Source: Kofleriaceae bacterium
Lineage (GTDB): Bacteria > Myxococcota_A > Polyangia > Haliangiales > Haliangiaceae
Direction: 5' to 3'
Assembly (NCBI GenBank): GCA_965215005.1
Contig: CBDCCZ010000010.1
Span: forward strand, 32,001-96,000
DNA: 64,000 bases
Of the stretch, positions 54,853 through 61,717 are shown piece by piece. The first letter of the stretch is position 1, and each line of letters starts with the position of its first letter. The position numbers and the translations under genes were made by a program. Below the pieces are notes generated by a model, which saw nothing but the letters and a program-made list of their open reading frames with translations, made no database searches and had not been told where the DNA came from.

Positions 54853-56010
54853 TCATGGCGCGGTGTCAGCGACCTGAATCTGCAGCTGATTGCCCAGCTC
54901 GCGGAAGGCGATGACCCCTGGCGCGTCGTAGCGCGGAACCAGGGCAATGGCGGTGCAGTCGGAGATGCCCCACGCCGGATGCGTGTCCTCCAGGCCCCGC
55001 ACGCGCTTGCCGGTGGCCAGGTCATAGACGAAGTACTGGCAGCGCTCCGGGCGCATCGACATGTCAGTGTCCTTTGCGGGCACGTGCTCGAACAGCCATA
55101 CCAGCCCGTCCGTCACGCCCAGCCACGAAAACTCGGGGGATACAAGCGATGGAATAGGTACAACCCTCAGCGGTTTGCCGGCACGACTCTCGTATACGGA
55201 GATCTTACTGCAGGTCTCACAGCGATCAGGATCCTGAAGAAGCAGCGCGAACCGCTCCCCGTCAACGCTATAGACAATGCGACCATGCCCGCCACTGGCT
55301 CCATCTAATCCAGGATCTAGGTCGTGCTGCCAAATGACGCTACCGTCGTCGGTGTTCCGTGCTTGAACAGTTTCCTTGCGTGAAGTGTCCCTCAGCAAAA
55401 CAAGGAATTGCTTTGCGTTGGGAGCGACCACCGCTGCCGCCACACCCGTCCCCTTACCCAAAGAAACGACCCAAACAGGATCTCGTTGTTCTGGCTTGTA
55501 CCAGTGTAGAGCCCCCCATGTCCGCGCCGGTCCTGACACCGTCCGCAGTAGCCCTGCTTCCAGCTTTCCCGGCGCGACGCGCCATAGCGTATTTTCCGAC
55601 CAGGAATAGTCGCCGCGATCCGTGGATTCTTTGGCGTCTGAGCCAATTAGCTCGGGGGCCAGATAGTACAAGGAGCCATCGAGGGAATCTGCGCGGACCG
55701 TATTAGCCTCCACTGTGTGAAACCTGAGCAAGGCATCCGCGACCAAATAGCCTTCCGCCACTTCAGGGACACCCATTTTGTCAATGTGGAAGATGTGGCC
55801 CGGGACGCCCCCGCCGGGGAGCTGCACTGCGACCGCACCCTTGGGTCCCGTAGCGACCATTCGCTGTGGATCACCGATGGTTGCTGGCACACCGACACGA
55901 TGAAGCAGAGTAGGCACGGGCGGTAACACTTCGTTTTGAGGTTGACGAGAGGATCCGCAACAGCAGGAGAGAATCAACACCAAGGCGGCAGCACTGGCGT
56001 AGTGCATCAT
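54853..56010 (-). CDS. Putative immunity lipoprotein, copy 3 (385 aa, beta-propeller-like)
   Basis: MMHYASAAALVLILSCCC lipobox; paralog of the two upstream copies. Confidence 0.85.
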   Translation of the reverse strand: MMHYASAAALVLILSCCCGSSRQPQNEVLPPVPTLLHRVGVPATIGDPQRMVATGPKGAVAVQLPGGGVPGHIFHIDKMGVPEVAEGYLVADALLRFHTVEANTVRADSLDGSLYYLAPELIGSDAKESTDRGDYSWSENTLWRVAPGKLEAGLLRTVSGPARTWGALHWYKPEQRDPVWVVSLGKGTGVAAAVVAPNAKQFLVLLRDTSRKETVQARNTDDGSVIWQHDLDPGLDGASGGHGRIVYSVDGERFALLLQDPDRCETCSKISVYESRAGKPLRVVPIPSLVSPEFSWLGVTDGLVWLFEHVPAKDTDMSMRPERCQYFVYDLATGKRVRGLEDTHPAWGISDCTAIALVPRYDAPGVIAFRELGNQLQIQVADTAP

Positions 56011-56186
56011 CCGTCGATGATCTTTCTCAGCCGGTCGAGCTGCGAGCTCGAGAGGCAGTTCCACATATCGTCGTCGGCGACCCACCAGCCGTGCTTAAAG
56101 TCGCCCTCCCATGCGTGGCCCTCATTGTGGACGGGCGGATGCCTGCGCAGGTCCGAGGCAACTCTCTCAGCGAGTCTGCCGTTCAT
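56007..56186 (-). CDS. 59-aa orphan toxin C-terminal tip ORF, copy 2
   Basis: MNGRLAERVASDLRRHPPVHN plus the last 38 aa of the toxin; its stop overlaps the lipoprotein ATG. Confidence 0.5.
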   Translation of the reverse strand: MNGRLAERVASDLRRHPPVHNEGHAWEGDFKHGWWVADDDMWNCLSSSQLDRLRKIIDG

Positions 56187-56234
56187 GGAAGAGGCCTTTG
56201 CGGTTTGGCAGATATGGCCATGGAACTCACGAGA

Positions 56235-57398
56235 TCATGGCGCAGTGTCTGCGACCTGAATCTGCAGCTGGTTGCCCAGCTCGCGGAAGGCGATGACTCC
56301 TGGCGCGTCATAGCGCGGAACCAGGGCAATGGCGGTGCAGTCGGAGATGCCCCACGCCGGATGCGTGTCCTCCAGGCCCCGCACGCGCTTGCCACTAGCC
56401 AAATCGTAGACGTAGTACTCGCAAAGCTCCGGGATGTTCGACATATCCGTGCGCTTCTCCGGCACGTGAACGAACAGCCATACTAACCCGCCCGTCACGC
56501 CCAGCCACGCAAACCTCGTTTCCACGCTTGGCCCAAGGGGCACGCGGTGTAGCAGCTTACCTGTTCCGCTCTCGTGCACGACAATCTGCACGCAACTTAC
56601 GCAATGCTCAGGATCCGGGAGAAGCAGCGCAAATCGCGCTCCATCGGAGCTATATACGAGCCGAGAGTCTCGAATACTGATTCCGTCGCTCTCCTTGCCC
56701 AACGCGCGGGCCCAACTAACGCTACCGTCCTTAGTGTTGCGAGCTTGCAGCGTTTGTTCGCGTGAACCGTTCCTGATTAGAACAAGGAACTGCTCTGCGT
56801 TTGGTGCAACCGCTGCCGCCGCCACACCAATCCCGTTACCCAGCGAAACGTGCCAGAGCGGACTCCGCTGTCCTGGCTTATACCAGTGGAGAGCTCCCCA
56901 CCTCAGCGCTGGTCCCGATACCGTCCGAAGCAGCCCTGCTTCCAGCTTTCCCGGCGCGACGCGCCACAGCGTGCTGCGCTCGGACCAGTCGCAACAGCGT
57001 AATCCGCTCGATTCGATAGCGTCGGCCGAGCTCACTCGCTCTGGTGCAAGATAGTAAACGGAATTATCGAGAGAGTCCGCTCGGACCGTATTATCTTCCA
57101 CGTCGTGGAACCGGAGTAGGGCATCCGCCATCAAATAGCCTTCCGCGACCTTCGCGACACCCGCTGTGTTGATGTGGAAGATGTGGCCGGGGATGCCACC
57201 GCCAGGGAGCTGCACGGCGACCGCACCCTCGGGTCCCGTAGCGACCATTCTCTGTGGATCACCGATGGTTGCTGGCACACCGACACGATGAAGCAGAGTA
57301 GGCACGGGCGGTAACGCTTCCTTGTGAGGTTGACGAGAGGACCCGGAGCAGCAGGAGAGAATGGTCATCAGGGCGGCGGCACTGACGTAATGCATCAT
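56235..57398 (-). CDS. Putative immunity lipoprotein, copy 2 (387 aa)
   Basis: MMHYVSAAALMTILSCC lipobox; paralog. Confidence 0.85.
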   Translation of the reverse strand: MMHYVSAAALMTILSCCSGSSRQPHKEALPPVPTLLHRVGVPATIGDPQRMVATGPEGAVAVQLPGGGIPGHIFHINTAGVAKVAEGYLMADALLRFHDVEDNTVRADSLDNSVYYLAPERVSSADAIESSGLRCCDWSERSTLWRVAPGKLEAGLLRTVSGPALRWGALHWYKPGQRSPLWHVSLGNGIGVAAAAVAPNAEQFLVLIRNGSREQTLQARNTKDGSVSWARALGKESDGISIRDSRLVYSSDGARFALLLPDPEHCVSCVQIVVHESGTGKLLHRVPLGPSVETRFAWLGVTGGLVWLFVHVPEKRTDMSNIPELCEYYVYDLASGKRVRGLEDTHPAWGISDCTAIALVPRYDAPGVIAFRELGNQLQIQVADTAP

Positions 57399-57574
57399 CC
57401 GTCGATGATCTTTCTCAGCCGGTCGAGCTGCGAGCTCGAGAGGCAGTTCCACATATCGTCATCGGCGACCCACCAGCCATGCTTAAAGTCGCCCTCCCAT
57501 GCGTGGCCCTCATTGTGGACGGGCGGATGCCTGCGCAGGTCCGAGGCAACTCTCTCAGCGAGTCTGCCGTTCAT
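57395..57574 (-). CDS. 59-aa orphan toxin C-terminal tip ORF, copy 1
   Basis: Open frame from ATG 57574 to TGA 57395, ending EGHAWEGDFKHGWWVADDDMWNCLSSSQLDRLRKIIDG. Confidence 0.5.
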   Translation of the reverse strand: MNGRLAERVASDLRRHPPVHNEGHAWEGDFKHGWWVADDDMWNCLSSSQLDRLRKIIDG

Positions 57575-57622
57575 GGAAGAGGCCTTTGCGGTTTGGCAGA
57601 TATGGCCATGGAACTCACGAGA

Positions 57623-58786
57623 TCATGGCGCAGTGTCTGCGACCTGAATCTGCAGCTGGTTGCCCAGCTCGCGGAAGGCGATGACTCCTGGCGCGTCATA
57701 GCGCGGAACCAGGGCAATGGCGGTGCAGTCGGAGATGCCCCACGCCGGATGCGTGTCCTCCAAGCCCCGCACGCGCTTGCCGCTGGCCAGGTCATAGACG
57801 AAGTACTGGCAGCGCTCCGGGATGTTCGACATATCCGTGCGCTTCTCCGGCACGTGCTCGAACAGCCAAACTAGATCGTCCGTCAGGCCCAGCCACGAAA
57901 ACTCGGCAATCACCCGTGGTTCGATGGGCACACGGTGTAACAGCTTCCCAGTTTGACTCTCATGCACCGCAACTTGTATGCAGCTTGCACAGCGCTTGGG
58001 CTCCGGAAGGAACAGCGCGAATCGCGCACCATCGGAGCTGTATACGAGGCGAGAGTCTGGAATGACGATTTCCTTCTTCTCCACCTCAAAGGCGTGGGCC
58101 CAGATGACGCTACCGTCGTTGGTGTTCCGGGCTTGGACCGTTCGCCGGCGTGATGTTTCCCGGAGCAGAACCAGGAACTGCTCCGCGCTGGGGGCGACCA
58201 CGGCCGCCCCCACACCCGTCCCCTTACCCAAAGAGACGACCCAAACAGGATCTCGTTGTTCTGGCTTATACCAGTGTAGAGCCCCCCACGTCCGCGCCGG
58301 TCCCGACACCGTTCGCAGCAGCCCTGCATCCAGTTTTCCCGGCGCGACACGCCATAGCGTGCTCCGCTCGGACCACGCACAACAGCGCGAGCTGCTCGAT
58401 CCGATGGCGTCGGCCGAGCTCACTCGCTCCGGGGCCAGATAATTCACGGAACCATCGAGGGAGTCAGCGCGGACCGTATTATCTTCCACGTCGTGGAACC
58501 GGAGCAAGCCGTCCGCGACCAAGTAACCCTCCGCGACTTTCGCGACACCCGCTGAGTTGATGTGAAAGATGTGGCCTGGCACGCCACCGCCAGGGAGCTG
58601 CACGGCGACCGCACCCTCGGGCCCCGTAGCGACCATTCGCTGCGGATCACCGATGGTTGCTGGCGCACTGACACGATGAAGCAGAGTAGGCACGGGGGGT
58701 AACGCTTTCTTGTGAGGTTGACGAGGAGACCCACAACAGCAGAAGAGAATCGACATCACGGTGGCAGCAGTGGCGTATTGCATCAT
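57623..58786 (-). CDS. Putative cognate immunity lipoprotein, copy 1 (387 aa)
   Basis: ATGA/TGATG overlap with the toxin stop; MMQYATAATVMSILFCCC signal peptide. Confidence 0.85.
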   Translation of the reverse strand: MMQYATAATVMSILFCCCGSPRQPHKKALPPVPTLLHRVSAPATIGDPQRMVATGPEGAVAVQLPGGGVPGHIFHINSAGVAKVAEGYLVADGLLRFHDVEDNTVRADSLDGSVNYLAPERVSSADAIGSSSSRCCAWSERSTLWRVAPGKLDAGLLRTVSGPARTWGALHWYKPEQRDPVWVVSLGKGTGVGAAVVAPSAEQFLVLLRETSRRRTVQARNTNDGSVIWAHAFEVEKKEIVIPDSRLVYSSDGARFALFLPEPKRCASCIQVAVHESQTGKLLHRVPIEPRVIAEFSWLGLTDDLVWLFEHVPEKRTDMSNIPERCQYFVYDLASGKRVRGLEDTHPAWGISDCTAIALVPRYDAPGVIAFRELGNQLQIQVADTAP

Positions 58787-61350
58787 CCGTCGATGATCTT
58801 TCTCAGCCGGTCGAGCTGCGAGCTCGAGAGGCAGTTCCACATATCGTCATCGGCGACCCACCAGCCGTGCTTGAAGTCGCCCTCCCATGCGTGGCCCTCG
58901 ACAAGCTCATAGAGACTCTTGCGTTGACCGGCGGTGGTGGTTTGGAAGAGACGAACGACCGTCTCGCCCTCGTCTTCGCCGCACCAGTTCCAGAATCCTC
59001 CCGCTAACGCGTGCACTCGAGCTGCCTTCTGCGGCAGAGTCATTCCGGCGAGCTGCTCTTCGGTCATCTCACCCTGGCCATTTTGGCCGTTGATCTCGCG
59101 CATGACGGCATCGTCTTGATTGAAGCCCGCTTGCCCGGTGGCAGGGCTGAAGTGGAGAATCGACAGGAGGCCTCCCAGCGGGTCGACGAGCAGCGGAGCG
59201 AGAAAGCCATCCAGGAACGCGCGCTTGGGATGCACTGTGAACCCCATCGCGACGTCTTGGGTCTCAGGAAACTTCGTCGCCATCCTGCGAAGCTCTTTGC
59301 CGAGCTCGCCGCCGTTCATGCTTAGGTCGATCTTCTTGCCGAATGTTTCACCGTCATCGGCTGCCGAATGAACTCGGGCGTCCCACAGAGTCTGCAAGTC
59401 AGGCTGCTGCCAGTTCTGGGTTCCGTTCTCAAACGCGCGGGCAGGATCGAGACGGGGCAGGACCTGTTCTGCGCCGTACTTGTTGGCTTGATGCGAGGCC
59501 GGCGGCATCGGCAGCGATCGCACCGCCTTGAGAACCTGCGCCGCGGTCATCGGATGGCCTCCTTTGGAGGCGCCCAGTTGCGCTGCAACACGAATGTCTT
59601 CCACCCCCAGCGCCACAGCCAGCTCCGCCATCTCAGCGGTGCGATTGTCGCTATCCTTATTATTGAGATGGCCATCGCCAAATAGCTTCCACGAGATGCC
59701 AAGGTCGTTGATGACCCAGACGCCGTTCTCGTTGTCGAAGTCATGGGCAACGAGCGACACCAAGTCGTCAAAGCCCATCGCCGGTAGGTCTTGCGTCTGC
59801 TCGAGAACGGTCTGCTGGATCGTCGCGTAGATCGTATCGACCGTTGCCGCCCAGCCCACCCAGTCGTTGTCGTTGATCCAACGCGCGACGTCGAGGGCGA
59901 TCTTGTTGCGCAGGTTGTCCCAAAATAGTGGGTAGATGGCGCGCCAATGCTCTCGAATGCTGGCTCGCGGGGTTCGCAGGTGACCGGCGGCGAAGTGATC
60001 GGTGAGAAAGTGCTGGGCCGCCGCCTCGCGCGCGCTCGCCTGCTCGACCTCGCCGCTGTCGTAGGCCATCAAGATCGCGGTCTCGTGCAGCGCGCGGTAC
60101 GAGCCGCCCGCCGACGCCCGATCGCCTGCAGTCGGGCCTTTATCGCCACCTTGAGGGGCGACGAAGTGCTCAGCGTTGGCGGCAGCACGGCGCAGATACC
60201 GCTCTTTCACCGAGGCGATGACAGAGTCGGAAAAGGTGATCTGGTTCCATGGATGGCCCTGGGGATACGCCGGCGTGCACCCGAGCATGAAGCGATCATC
60301 ATCTGGGATGGCCTGCTTGATGGCACATACGATTTCATCCCAGGTCCCCACGTTTTGGCCGGGTGATAGCGACGGGATCTGCGCAAGAAGGAACAGCGAG
60401 TCTGGATCGGGCTCTTCCATGCCAGCGGCGTTCAAGCGCGTGTCGCGGGGCGAAAAATAGTCGCCGGTGAGCATGACGATGTCGCCATGGGTCAGCCGAA
60501 AGGCGCGGTTGTATGCACTGCTGTCGATGGCGGGGCTATGGCCGCCAAGGTCATAAGAAGCCGCGCCCGTGGCATTGTCGCCGAGGCTCTTGTGCTCCAA
60601 CGAGCCAAAGCGCTGCACCCGGCCAAGGCCCGCTTGGCCACCGCGACCGCTCCCAGCCGCAAGCAAGTCGGAGGCTGGCTGTTGTGCAACTACGCGCGCC
60701 GCTACCGCGTCGGCGTTTCGCTCATATGAGTCGCCGTGCTGGCCAACGCCGCCTTTGAGCTGCACGCCGTTCCGCTGCTGCAGCACGTGCGCCACCTCGT
60801 GCGCCGTGGTCGCAAGAGTGGGCGCGCCCCTAAAGACCACGTGCTCGCCAGTCGCAAACGCCTCGGCACCCATGCGCTCCGCCGAGCGGCTGGCATCGGC
60901 GCCGACGTGGGCGGCAATGGTGGAGAGATCATGGCCGGCAAGCGAGGCCTGCAGCTCCGCGCGATACGGCAACGTCTGGCTCGGCGTCTGAGCGCCCTGC
61001 GCCGCGGCCTGCTGCACCGCCGCCGAGTCGAGCTCGCCGGCTGCTCGCTCCGTCGACTGCTGGACTGCCGTCTGCTCGAGGTTTGCGCCGCCGCTCTGCT
61101 CGAGCTCCGGCCTCCGCTCGGGCGATTCCGACGAAACATCGTCCTGCGTCGAGCTCGCTGGCGCTGCCTCGGCTCCTAACTGCGCCCAAAACCTCTTGAG
61201 TGACGCGCTGACGAGTTGCTCCTGCGCCTCATTCTGCTGCACCGGCATAAAACTGGTGCGAGTGCCCTTGCATGGCCATCCTCCGCTCGCGCCGCCGTAG
61301 GCGCTCTCTTCGCGATATCGCCCTGTCGAATCTGGTCGTTTCTCCCGCAT
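58783..61350 (-). CDS. DUF4157 (eCIS core domain) protein with predicted zinc phospholipase C/P1-nuclease-fold toxin domain
   Basis: GGAGG RBS before ATG 61350. DUF4157: AEAFATGEHVVF...AHEVAHVLQQ...ERNADAVA. After VQR: FGSLEH..LGD, GDIVMLTGDYF, NAEHF, HFLTDHFAAGHLRTPR, HDFDN and FGDGHL. Confidence 0.88.
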   Translation of the reverse strand: MREKRPDSTGRYREESAYGGASGGWPCKGTRTSFMPVQQNEAQEQLVSASLKRFWAQLGAEAAPASSTQDDVSSESPERRPELEQSGGANLEQTAVQQSTERAAGELDSAAVQQAAAQGAQTPSQTLPYRAELQASLAGHDLSTIAAHVGADASRSAERMGAEAFATGEHVVFRGAPTLATTAHEVAHVLQQRNGVQLKGGVGQHGDSYERNADAVAARVVAQQPASDLLAAGSGRGGQAGLGRVQRFGSLEHKSLGDNATGAASYDLGGHSPAIDSSAYNRAFRLTHGDIVMLTGDYFSPRDTRLNAAGMEEPDPDSLFLLAQIPSLSPGQNVGTWDEIVCAIKQAIPDDDRFMLGCTPAYPQGHPWNQITFSDSVIASVKERYLRRAAANAEHFVAPQGGDKGPTAGDRASAGGSYRALHETAILMAYDSGEVEQASAREAAAQHFLTDHFAAGHLRTPRASIREHWRAIYPLFWDNLRNKIALDVARWINDNDWVGWAATVDTIYATIQQTVLEQTQDLPAMGFDDLVSLVAHDFDNENGVWVINDLGISWKLFGDGHLNNKDSDNRTAEMAELAVALGVEDIRVAAQLGASKGGHPMTAAQVLKAVRSLPMPPASHQANKYGAEQVLPRLDPARAFENGTQNWQQPDLQTLWDARVHSAADDGETFGKKIDLSMNGGELGKELRRMATKFPETQDVAMGFTVHPKRAFLDGFLAPLLVDPLGGLLSILHFSPATGQAGFNQDDAVMREINGQNGQGEMTEEQLAGMTLPQKAARVHALAGGFWNWCGEDEGETVVRLFQTTTAGQRKSLYELVEGHAWEGDFKHGWWVADDDMWNCLSSSQLDRLRKIIDG

Positions 61351-61426
61351 CCTGCCTCCAACGCCTCCCCTGGAGGCTTTCCTCAGCCGTCGGCCTCAAA
61401 ACGCATCGCTGCCGCAGACATCCTAC

Positions 61427-61442
61427 GCAAACCGGCGTCCAA
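61427..61442 (-). promoter_or_regulatory. Candidate sigma-54 -24/-12 promoter of the toxin operon
   Basis: TTGGACGCCGGTTTGC (GG-N10-GC) about 77 nt upstream of the toxin ATG. Confidence 0.35.
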
Positions 61443-61717
61443 TGTTCCCCCGCTCGAGAAACTTTGACGACAGCGGCAAGCGTCCACTTGCGCCGCCCGC
61501 TCGCCTCGACTGGCCATTCTGGTCGCCGTCTTCGGTCCTGGTGGCGGGAAATCGGCGAGAGCCCCGCAAGCTCCGGGCCAGCTGGCCACAGCTAGAACGC
61601 CGTCACGGTTTGCCGGTGGAACAGGCTAGAAGTGGGCGACTGACGGCAGCTCGAGCATTTACACTCGCCCACGACCGAGCCGACTCGAAGTTAGCCGCGT
61701 TACAAATGAGGAGATAC

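Larger units (their letters stand above)
54853..58899 (-). repeat. Tandem triplication, period 1388 bp (toxin 3' tip + lipoprotein gene + spacer)
   Basis: Start codons at 58786, 57398 and 56010. Units are 57512-58899, 56124-57511 and a final unit 54853-56123 whose downstream flank differs. Confidence 0.95.

Noticed and set aside
55936..57874. Repeated plus-strand ORFs (e.g. 56091-56486, 57479-57874, 55936-56259, 57324-57647)
   Set aside because: They are antisense shadows of the duplicated minus-strand genes and spacers; their recurrence follows from the DNA repeat.
56011..58840. Longer N-termini given in the ORF track for the lipoproteins (MELPLELAARPAEKDHRR...)
   Set aside because: These extensions are an alternative frame of the toxin tip; the ATGs overlapping the toxin or tip stop give proper lipoprotein signal peptides.
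54853..58899. Diversity-generating retroelement or CRISPR-like explanation for the 1388-bp repeats
   Set aside because: No reverse transcriptase or cas gene in the window; the units are whole genes; differences are block-wise, include indels and are not limited to adenines.
54853..58899. Assembly artefact producing the triplication
   Set aside because: The coding copies differ substantially and in a mosaic pattern while keeping open frames. Only read data could fully exclude it.
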